A stretch of DNA of 63,874 nt, counting the filler, from Phoronis australis (Eukaryota > Animalia > Phoronida), in NCBI GenBank assembly GCA_002633005.1. It is 8 parts of 8 records of this genome, joined end to end, with 100 filler letters (N's around TTAATTAATTAA, not from the genome) between each part and the next. Parts side by side here need not be neighbours in the genome. Positions count along the whole stretch, not along the records: positions 1 to 24,470 come from NMRA01001156.1; 7 more parts are not named here. One strand, 5' to 3'. How positions within the stretch are numbered: position 1 is the stretch's first letter; each line of letters begins with the position of its first letter. Both the position numbers and the translations under genes were made by a program. Under the pieces are notes generated by a model. That model was given only the letters and a program-made list of their open reading frames with translations, had not been told where the DNA came from and did not search any database. Positions 1 to 11,600 of the stretch are shown piece after piece.

Positions 1-1976
1 GTATAAAAACAATATATAACGATATTGTGTCTTGTGTTCAAAACAACGGCTTTACATGAGGTTATTTTAATGTTAAGAGAGGTCTTCGTCAAGGGGATCC
101 CTTAAGTAGTCAATTGTTTATACATGTACATGTACTGTGTGTGGAGCTCATGAGCCATTACATTAGAAATAATCCCTTAATCAAAGGATTGTGTATTGAT
201 GGGAATGAAGTAAAAATAGCCCAGTATGCTGGTGATACAATTTTATTTATTCAGGATGAAGTTTCAGGAACAGAATGCTTTAAATTTCTTACAAGATTTG
301 GTGACGTATCTGGTCTTAAACTAAATAACCGAAAATGCGAAGGAATGTTTTTAGGCCACCAGTCTGAACTTAAGAAAACGTATGATATAAATTGGACAAA
401 AAGAAATATTAAATGTCTGGGCGTTTACTTCGGTTAATATGAAAAAGAAAAAAATGAGCAAAATTTTGAAGAAAAAATTTCGAAAGTTCTAAATATTTGG
501 AAAACAAGAAAATTAACAATTAAGGGAAGAATTGTCATTACTAAAGCTTTTGCGCTACCCAAATTGATTCCCATTATATCTGTCTTTGGATTGACAAGGG
601 ATTTGTGCAAACGAATAAATGCAAATAAAATTTTAAATGATTTTATTTGGGCAGGGAAACCACCTAAAATAAAGAAAAGCGTTGCAATGGCTTCTCATGA
701 AGATGGTGGTTTAAAATTTCCTGTCATGACCCTTATAAAGGAAGGCCTTTTAGTCAACTGGGTTAAAAGACTTCAGTCTCCTGAACGTGGAAGTTGGAAG
801 TTTTATCCACAATATATCCTCAAGAATTATGGTGGTGAACTGTTGTGGTCGTGTAAGCAAACTATGTAGAAAAGTAAATGATGTTTTTTGTAGAGAGGTT
901 TTGTCGGTGAGTGAACAGTTGAATCATAATGCTTTCAAAGATGTACCTTAACACTTAATAATAAGTCACTATATTATAAAGAGTTTGCTAAGAATGGGCT
1001 ATGTTTCATCAATGACTTTCTTGATGCTGAAAATAAGCTTTTATCGTGGGAGGTGCTCAAGGCAAAATATAAATTGGTAAATTCTCAAATTCTAAGTTTT
1101 AATTCAATATGTATTGTTTTATCTAGAAAAATTGATCAAGGTCATCAGCGATTGGTTGGCTGCAACAATAAAATTTGCTTAGATTATAATAAAATTCCAA
1201 AAGAAAAAATCAAGAGTATTTTGAAACAAAAGTATTGCAAAAAACCAAACAATTATGAAAAATTGTTGCAGCATTACTCCAAACAAGATATCCGAAAAAT
1301 TTATTCCTTGCCTTTTACACTTCCCCTCGAACCATGCATTAAATCTTTTAAGTATATGTTGTTACATAACAGAGTGTATACTAACTCTTTGTTATATAAG
1401 ATGAAGATTGTTAATTCAGACAAATGTCCCTATTGTAATCTAGTACAGAGTACTGAACACATGTTTTTCCTTTGTGATGTAGTGCAAAGATTGTTGATTA
1501 ATGTTCAGGATATTTTGACATCTTCCCTTAAGGAAGAAGTCAGAATAACCAAAAATGAAAGCATGTTTTGCCATTTAGGTTCTGAATTCTCCCTGTTGAT
1601 TAATTGTGTTATCACTATCGCCCAATATTTTATTTATTTACGTAGCCAACAGCACTTGCATCCAGATTGGTCTGCCCTTAAAATATTCATGTCAAAATAT
1701 ATTAAAATTTCAATATTTAATTTTCAAAAACAAAAAGAACCGGACAGTATTAATATTAAAATGTGGGAGAGCCTCAGTGCTGCCATTCAATGAATCTGTA
1801 ATATCTGTAATATACTTCTCATATATTGTTTAGTAGTATTATCATTAAATGATGAAGTGTGTGAATGAGTGTGCGAGTGTGTGAGTGAAAGTCGTTGCCC
1901 CTTTTCCTTGTTCACCCTTTCACCCTTTAAAAATTATCAATGTATATTATTGAAGAATAAAATTATGAAAAAAAAA
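1..1976 (+). mobile_element. Degenerate L1/Tx1-clade LINE, 3' part of ORF2 plus poly(A); intronic and antisense to the GC gene
   Basis: RQGDPLS (about 87-107), IAQYAGDT (decayed YADD), KCLGVYF, FIWAGKPPKIK, zf-RVT CPYC..STEHMFFLC; stops and frameshifts; AATAAA 1956-1961 and A-tract 1968-1976. Confidence 0.9.
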
Positions 1977-2539
1977 CTGTCACATATGTAAAATAATTGC
2001 TATTTACGACGTGAACTACTCATCTTTGGCTTCAATTCCTACACGCACAAGAGCTCATGAAGGACTTCCAATGATGTAACTCTCATGCAATTCGGTTAAA
2101 AAACGGCGGAGTTTTGAAAATTGTAGTGACAGTAAAGAACATGACACTTTTGGCCTAGCTATAAAATATATTTCTGTCATTATTTGTCCTAGACACGTGA
2201 TTTTGGTTTCGTGTCATGCAGGTGTTGCTTGGTCATGTGAACATAAGAAAATCGTAATCTTTCAAAACTATTGCAATAAGGAGTCTAGATGGCTTTGCGT
2301 TACGCCTGACATCTGGGAAGCGATAGCACCTACGCTCGTCTTCCCTGGATCGCGCACAATCGTTAGCAGAGGATACCCCATTTGACAAATTTGGGTCTAT
2401 TAGACCGCAAGATATTCAAAAAACATAGAGCACGAAATTTGTACGCACAAAATTTTTGGTGATAACATTTCTAAACTTACTTCGTTTGTACTAAACAAAA
2501 ATTCCGCCCTAAGCCCTATATTTAAAAACACGTATTTAC

Positions 2540-2638
2540 CTAAACCAGACGACTCCATTCTTGAGGCGTAGTTGACAGTATCACCAAACAAACAATATCG
2601 CGGCATCTTCACACCAACAACCCCAGCTGCTACTGGAC
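2540..2638 (-). CDS. Guanylyl cyclase catalytic exon
   Basis: [33 protein letters not shown]; CAG acceptor and GTAAAT donor. Confidence 0.95.
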
Positions 2639-5600
2639 CTGAAAGCATGTGAAAACTTCTAAACATTTCAAATTTCGTGTGTACAAGACTTGGCATCAAT
2701 ATCAAGTAACTGATTAAAATCAACGATGGACCCATCTATATCCTGTAGCTATGTTGGCCTTGCACAAATTTTTAATGGGCTTGGCAATGTTCGAACTCCA
2801 GGTAATAACTTTATTTGCCAGTTTCAAGAGACATTGTCTTCCTGCTTTGGCCTACAGATAAAAGGATGAAATGAATAAATATTGAGTTTCGACAACGACC
2901 TAACTCATTGGTTTTATGTAGTATTAAGCAACGGAGATGGAATTACTGTTAGATATAAAATGTACAAAAGAGACAGTATGCATGGTGCGTGCTTTTAGGG
3001 AGTGAAGTGTGGTCAAATCCAAGTTGGAGTTGGAACTGGGCTCGAAAATTCTGTGCATCAAGAAATTCTCTCGAAGCCTTTAATTTAGCTATTGCGCTTC
3101 ACACTTACAGCTGAACCGGAACAAACCTGTATGCATGCCGATTCTAAGTTGCAGCTGGCGGCCTGGGCGATGTCTAATCTCGAATGTAGTGACTGCGCTT
3201 AGGAACTCCAGGCAAAGAATGGCGACTTCCCCAGCGTGTTTTTTACCGTTACGGGTAGGCAGGCCACTTACGCACATATATGCATCTCCGATTGTCTCCA
3301 CCTATAAGCCAAGGCAAAATCTATTTCTATATTCAGTGTAAGTCGATGTCTCAAATAAATATTAAACGATTTCAGATGTTCAAAATTCCCGTGCCTTTGT
3401 GTTGTGTGAATCTTAAATAACCTCGGCCTTTCCTGTGCAGACTTTTGGGCCTGAAAAAAAAGCTTCATGTCTGTCGTGAAAGTCTCAATAATTGTTTAAG
3501 CACTTGGTATTTTGCAGACTGGGAAGGATAATATGTGTTTACTTTTGGTTAGGAGTCAGTCGGTGCGTCGGTCCACCATAGGTTTATTTAAAAATTACAA
3601 TTAGTTTTTTTGTGAAAGAGGGGCTCTAACAAAACGGCCGTTCAAAGCAATCGATAAACGTCGTTTAGTTAAAACGTAGAATTAATTAGAATCTTTTAAT
3701 GTTGAAACTGTATAGCAATTCCGGCAACAGACGGGCTCTTTTTCTGCAAAACTAACCGTTACTAAATACGAAAGGGCAGTGTCCGCAGACGCAAAGGGAC
3801 CATCTAATCATATTCACGGACTGTCTTTTTCCGGTACAACGTTCTTTCGTTTGGCTTAATTTTCTTTATACTCAAATCAAAGTTATAATTCGTTTTATGC
3901 ATAGCATACAAAAAATTAAGTTTAATCTGAAATTTTGCAGTATTATTCATCAGACTTCATAGGCGCATGAACTTTAAAACTTCATATTTTGTGCAAGACA
4001 TGCACGGATAACGCATTCTGATAATTCATATTCGACTACAAGCAATAAATATATATGCCTACCTTATAGACGTCCAGATTTTCGATTATGCGGTCAAAAC
4101 ATGTGTAGAGATCATTTAAAAACTCCACAATCTGAAAAAAGTAACTCAAAGTCTCAAAGAAGCAGTGCAAATTCTCGTCATTTGTTGTTACCAAATTTAA
4201 AGGGTTTTGGCAATAGATTGTGTCTCTTAATTAATGATGGATCATACCTGCACAGGGGAGCTTTCAGAAGAGAGAGCAGTGAAACCAACGATGTCGCTGA
4301 ACATAACAGTCACGTGATTGTAAGATTCCGGTTTCACGACACGACCTTGACGCAGCTCCAGGGCAACCTGTCTGAAAACACGATGGCATCTACTAACTAC
4401 AGCAAAATCATTCTGAAAACGAGAATAAATTATCTTTTTATTTATTTACTTCCGTTTGGCCCTAATAAGTGAAATCTGTCATAGTGTTATAGATAATTTT
4501 GTAAATGTAAATCTAGGCATTTTAGTACAAGCTCAAAGAATGAAATAATGACATCAGTCTCAGAGTTTCCAAAGAAAGAACAGGAATGGTAACCTATCCT
4601 TTGATTCCACTCTAAGCGAAGAACATAGAATATCGTTAGGCTCAAGACAACAAAAAATTGTAAAAAGGGAAACACAGCGTCATTAAATTGTGGCAGTCGG
4701 TTTGTCGGTTTATCACCAGCAATTCAAAAATTAACTAAGTTTATTTTCTAGTGTGGTTATCGCCTCGAGACATCCCCATTCACACAACTGGCGAATGTCA
4801 AATATTATGCAAGGAAAGATTAAGAAGCAAGTTGGATATTTGTCCCACTTCTCTTGACACCTGTTACTGCGTAGCAGAAATCTGGCTTTCCACATGCAGG
4901 CTATAGAACTTACGCGAGGGTAGCCAAGATGATGAGAGGGTACGCAAGAAGATGCGATTTTATCCACTTTTCTGCAAACATTGCAAACCAGGAAATGGTT
5001 TATTTTGCTATTTTGCGACGGTCACTTAAGTCGAGTCTTAGAATAAATTTAAGTTAACGCTCCCTTATGAGTATACTGCAATGGAGCTCGTAGGTGTTAG
5101 TTTTACTTTTGAGGTAAATACCAGCATTAAATAAAGTATATGTATGATAATCTGTCACTGTGCTGTCATTTTATTTTAATTTAAAGTTGACCATTCGTGA
5201 ACCGCCGATATACCGCTCACATGTATATCTTTAAAACTTTCATTTGGAAATGCAGACGATTTTGATTAAAAAAACTCGTTATATCATACCGGATTTTTAA
5301 CGAAAATGACACGGAAGACGTGTATTGGCAGTAGTTCGATACATCCATGAACCATAATAAGGTTTCTCACTGAAGTGTTAGAATTTCTTGAAGCTGGTAT
5401 AGACCCGCCTTTCTTAAACAAAACGAGTAAGGAGCATGTTGAGATTAGTTTAAGCGTACATTTAAGTGGTGTAAATTAAAGTTAATTTTGACTTTCAGCA
5501 TATGGCAGTTTTTTTCGCCCATATTTGTTATGTTAGAAAAAACAGTTTTCTATGCCTATTATAGTGTACTATTGGTTTTGTACATTGTTAGTTTGTTTTA

Positions 5601-8600
5601 CAATAAACATCTCAATAACATTCTATTTTTCTAACTTATCAAACTTAGCTCGAACCACTGCATCAGCAAGACATTGTCCCAGAAAAAGTTAGTTTTGACA
5701 GAGGCGGATTTATACATTTAGCAGATTTAAAACCTGGGTAGCATGCGGCAAAGAAGTTCCTCCGTCTTCTTTTGCTCTTCCGCCAACTTGGTCGTTCTCT
5801 CCTCAACTAACTCTTCCAAGTGGTTAGCATACTTCTCCATCATACTGATCATCTGGTCCACTATGTTTAGTTTTCTGAAAACAAAGAAGAACGTTTAGCA
5901 GCTCAGTCGGTATACAGGGCTGTTTTAAAGAAGACAAAGCACCAACTAAACGAAAGTGCTGAACAATATTGGTCAATTAGAGAAAATAAAACTTGAATTA
6001 TTTCTCCCAGCTGCAATGAACATTAATTGTTAAGAGTAATTCACCAAGAGCCAAAATTAGTCAATCTAATTTCGTGAATATTTTCCACGAATCAAAAGTA
6101 AACAACTTTTAAATTATCCTTAAGTCTGGTGCTGTCGTATGTTCTTGTAGAATAACAACTGTTCCGTTGACGTGACAATATTATTCGGCTTTTACACTTT
6201 CTTATTGTATCCAAAACTGAACCCTATAGTGCATCAGTGTCGCACGTACCTAATAGCCTTTCATTAAACCACGACATCTATATGTAGCTTTGAGGCGAGG
6301 AACCAGCCAGCTATCGTACTTACTTGCCCTTCATTAGGTCCTTCAGCTTCAGTCTAACACCAGTCAGTGTCGGTCGTATATGCGGATTTTCTTCCCAACA
6401 CGAACGCATCAGTTCAACAACTTTCTCCGAAAGGTCGGCATTTTGAAGTAACGGTCTAAACGGAGGGTTTTCTCCATATTTTACTCTCTCAATAATGTCT
6501 GAAAAATATTAAACTAGAAACTGAAAGAGGCTGTGAGAAACTAGTGCTAATACCCTATCTCCGCTGGACTAAACTCAATCTTTAGAGCACAACGCCCCAA
6601 AATGTGATGTTTAGTCGCCTTCATAGTTGTACATATTTTTTTGTCTTTCACAATGGGAAACACGCAACATAACAAACTATTACCCTTTGGTCTGTCACAG
6701 TGGGGACGTGGGAACACCCAACATACCAAACTATTACCTTTGGTCTTTCACAATGGGGACGTGGGAGCACGCAACATACCAAACTATTACCCTTTGGTCT
6801 CATTGGCGGTGAACCGAATGGTCCATTGCGTTCCATAATTTCGTGTAAAATAATCGCTAGCGAATACACATCTGCCTTGGCTAAAACATCTTTCTTGTCT
6901 GATCTCTGTCGAAGAATTTCGGGAGAGGTCCACAACTTTTCTGAAAAATGAACAAGACATTGGTATCAGTCAATTTGTTACTGTATAGTCGTGTATAAAA
7001 CAAGGAGTTCAATGCAAAACGCTGTCTCTGGGTGTCCCAGAAGTTACACAATACATGTAAGTGCTCTCGTTTGTTAAAGGAAGCCAATCTGAAATTCAAT
7101 ACGAAAGACACAAAGAGCAAAAGTATTGATATCATTCAAATCTTTGGGTATGAAAGCGAGGATTTTAACACAAAAGCAAAGACAGTGTCGCTAGATGTTC
7201 TAGTACATGTAGCAGAGATATTGGCAATTGCTTTAGTAAAAGATCACGGAATCCAAGATTGCTGCTATCTTAGCGCAGATGGCAGTGGCTCTCTATCTCA
7301 AGAATTATGTGTTTCAAGTTTGTGCCCACATCAATGTTGATTACATAGAATGCACAATTTTACGTCTTACAAAGGCTTCCCACCGGCAACCTTCGAAGAA
7401 ATCTTGGGAAAATCTATAAAGCTTTCATAGTCACGAATAAGTTATCCTGTTGTAGTATCTGTCAAAAATTGACGCTGTGGGTTCGCTTCAAAGGTATCTA
7501 TGCTTTGAGACTGTACGTAGATGGAGATAGGATGATTAAACCCAGTAATTAATTTACTATATGATAACCACAAATTAAAACAAGTGAAACCTAATATTTA
7601 ACTAATATTTATTCTGATAGTATCAAATTCTTGAGAGTATAAATGTGAAGATTGGAGTCATTCATCTTCGAAGAGTGCGCACGTATATTTAAAACAATTG
7701 TGATTACGTAGGCTATGAAAGAATTTAACCTCAAATCTGCGTGTTTAGCCAAATATCTAAAACACTATCGATTATAACCCTGTAAAAGTATAAAAGTGTA
7801 AATATCTACAACACTATCGATTATAACCCTGTAAAAGTATAAAAGTGCAAATATTTACAACACTATCGATTATAACCCTGTAAAAGTATAAAAGTGCAAA
7901 TATCTACAACACTATCGATTATAACCCTGTAAAAGTATAAAAGTGCAAATAACTACAACACTATCGATTATAACCCTGTAAAAGTATAAAAGTGCAAATA
8001 TCTACAACACTATCGATTATAACCCTGTAAAAGTATAAAAGTGCAAATATCTACAACACTATCGATTATAACCCTNACAGTTTAGTGCCTCAGTGTCGCG
8101 CGTACACAATAGCCTTTCATTAAACCACTACATCTACATGTAGCTTTGAGGCGAGGAACCAGCCAGCTATCGTACTTACTTGCCCTTCATTAGGTCCTTC
8201 AGCTTTAGTCTAACACCAGTCAGTGTCGGTCTTATATGCGGATTTTCTTCCCAACACGAGCGCATCAGTTCGACAACTTTCTCCGGAAGGTCGGCATTTT
8301 GAAGTAACGGTCTAAACGGAGGGTTTTCTCCATATTTTACTCTTTCAATAATGTCTGAAAAATATTAAACTAGAAACTGAAAGAGGCTGTGAGAAACTAG
8401 GGCTAATACCCTTGAAGGAACACCCTATCTCCGCTAGTCTAAACTCGCTATTTAGACCACAACGCCCCAAAATGTGATGTTTCAGAAAATATTAGTCGCC
8501 TTCATAGTGGCTCATATTTTGTATTTTTGTCTTTAACAATGGGAAACACGCAACATAACAAATTATTACCCTTTGGTCTGTCACAGTGGGGACGTGGGAA

Positions 8601-11600
8601 CACCCAACATACCAAACTATTACCCTTTCCTTTGGTCTTTCACAATGGGGACGTGGGAACACGCAACATACCAAACTATTACCCTTTGGTCTCATTGGCG
8701 GTGAACCGAATGGTCCATTGCGTTCCATAATTTCGTGTAAAATAATCGCAAGCGAATACACATCTGCCTTGGCTAAAACATCTTTCTTGTCTGATCTCTG
8801 TCGAAGAATTTCGGGAGAGGTCCACAACTTTTCTGAAAAATCAACATGGCATTGGTATCAGTCAATTTGTTACTGTATAGTCGTGTATAAAACAAGGAGT
8901 TCAATGCAGAACGCTGTCTCTGGGTGTCCCAGAAGTTACACAATAAGTGCTCTCGTTTGTTAAAGGAAGCCAATCTGAAATTCAATACGAAAGACACAAA
9001 GTGCAAAAGTATTGATATCATTCAAATATTTGTGTATGAAAACGAGGATTTTATGTAGCAGAGATATTGGCAATTGCTTTGGTAAAAGATAATCATCACG
9101 GAATCCAAGATTGCTGCGATTTAGAGCAGATGGCAGTGGCTCTCTATCTCAAGAATTATGTTTTTCAAGTTTGTGCCCACATCAATGTTGATTACATAGA
9201 ATGCACAATTTTACGTCTTACAAATGCTTCCCACCGGCAACCTTCGAAGAAAACTCGGGAAAATCCATAAAACTTGCATAGTCACGAATAAGTTATCGTG
9301 TTCTAGTATTTGTCAGAAATTGACGGTGCGGGTTCGCTTAAAAGTTAGCTATGCTTTGAGATTGTGCGTAGATGGAGATAGGATGATTAAACCCAGTAAT
9401 TAATTTATTATATGATAACCACAAATTAAAACAAGGGAAACCTAACATTTAACTAATATTTATTCTGACAGTATAAAATCCTTGAGAGTATAAATGTGAA
9501 GATTGGAGTCATTCAACTTCGCAGAGTGCACACGTATATTAAAAACAATTGTGATTGCGTAGGCTATGAAAGACTTTAACCTCAAATCTGCGTGTTAGCC
9601 AAATATCTACAAAACTATCGATTTTAACCCTGTAAAAGTATAAAAGTACAAAGACTGTGAACTTACATTTTTGACTTTTTACCAATATGCCATTAATTGG
9701 TGCACGCGACCATGTCTTTTTAGTAGAATTTAGCACAGCAAGGAGGTACATTGATATCAAAACAACGTTATCAAGAACATAACTACTTTTCGTTTTATGT
9801 AAATGTTCAAGATTTAAGAAAAAACGCTGTTCAAAAATTTTTTCTAAATTATCATTTTGTTTTTGTTTTATGAAACTTTTGAGATTTGTCATGAACATCA
9901 TAAAAGTCCGATTTTCTCATAGCTGCTCATACAGGAGTAGAACACTAAAAATAATTCCCGAGAACAGCTCATAAAGCATTGCATATTAAAGTTTCATGAA
10001 TCCGATCACTCAATTTGAGATATGATTTTTCTAAGTTGGGTAAATTTGGCCATTTTTCCGGTCTCCTACATACCCTTAAGCATACTTACTGAAAAATATT
10101 ATATCCTCCCCAGATTCCTCGCGTTCACCAGCCAAGAAACAATCAAAGCCGAATCCACTGAGCTTGCACATCCATCTTGAATCGACTAAGACATTACTGG
10201 AACGTAGCTTTCCGTGAGCTTTCAGTTCAGAATCTTGTATGAACGACAAACCCTGGATTTACAAAAACACCACGAAAGTAATCAGCATATTTAAAACAAA
10301 TGACTGGATTGGTGATGTAAATTACGTTACGTCCAACATTTTTAATATCTGTTTATCGCTGTCATGACATTTCTCGTTTTGTACTAAAGTGAATATTTTT
10401 GGCATTTACATGTTGATTTAACGACCACTGTGCTATTTAGGGAGTAATAAACTTACATGAACAATGTCATTTAAGAAAGACATCTGAAACGTAAAATCGA
10501 TCTTTATGTTTTCGTTCTCCAGTACATCCTGAAGGCTTCCTTTTGCGCAGTAGACTGATACGAGGCAGATTCGTTCGGGATCGATACAAGCACCAAGAAA
10601 CGCGCTCACGTTGGGATGCGCTAGAGCTTTGCGCTGAAAGAATGGGAACTTGTTACTATGCAGCAGGAAACATTTTACAAACAACTTTTTAAGACCTGTA
10701 GAAACACAGCATATAGCCATGGACTTAGGTATGTGAGAATATAATTATGAAGTTTGGCTTGATATTAACCTTTTTCTTAACTTATCTGTCGGGCAAGTAA
10801 ACTTTAAATTTCACTTGCCCATAAACTTTTGGTTGCCCGTTTATGTTATATTAGTCTTTTGTAACAATGCTCATGGGCACATGTGTATGTTAGTATACAT
10901 GTATGTATGTATGTATGTATGTACATATGTATGACTTTGTATGTATGTATGTGTTTACATGTATGTATACATGTATGTATGTATATATATATATGTATGT
11001 ATGTATGTATGAATGAAAGTATGTATGTATGTATGTGTCTGTATGTGTCTGTATGTGTCTGTATGTGTCTGTATGTATATATGTATGTATGTATGTGTGT
11101 ATGTATGTATGTGTGTATGTATTATGTATGTATGTATGTATGTATTATGTATATGTGTATGTATGTATGTATGTGTGTATGTATGTATGTGTGTAATATG
11201 TATGTATGCATGTATAATGTGTGTGTATGTATGTATGTATGTATTATGTATGTATGTATGCATGTATTATGTATGTATGTATGTATGTATTATGTATGTG
11301 TGTATGTATGTATGTATGTATGTATGTATTATGTATGTGTGTATGTATGTATGAATGTATGTATTATATATGTGTGTATGTATGAATGTATTATGTATGT
11401 ATGTATGTATGTATTTATTATGTATGTATGTATGAATGTATTATGTATGTATGTATGTATGTATGAATGTATGTATGTATGTATTATGTATGTATGTATG
11501 TATGTATTATGTATGTATGTATGTATGAATGTATGTATGTATGTATTATGTATGTATGTATGTATTATGTATGTATGTATGTATTATGTATGTATGTATG

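Larger units (their letters stand above)
6220..9650. repeat. Tandem segmental duplication (about 6220-7800 vs 8077-9650)
   Basis: Near-identical exon and intron sequence with scattered SNPs and indels; junction at the single N at 8076. Confidence 0.9.

Noticed and set aside
7752-8075. CRISPR-like regular repeats (also 6644-6797 and 53405-53514)
   Set aside because: Head-to-tail units with no unique spacers, no cas genes, and a spliceosomal eukaryotic context.
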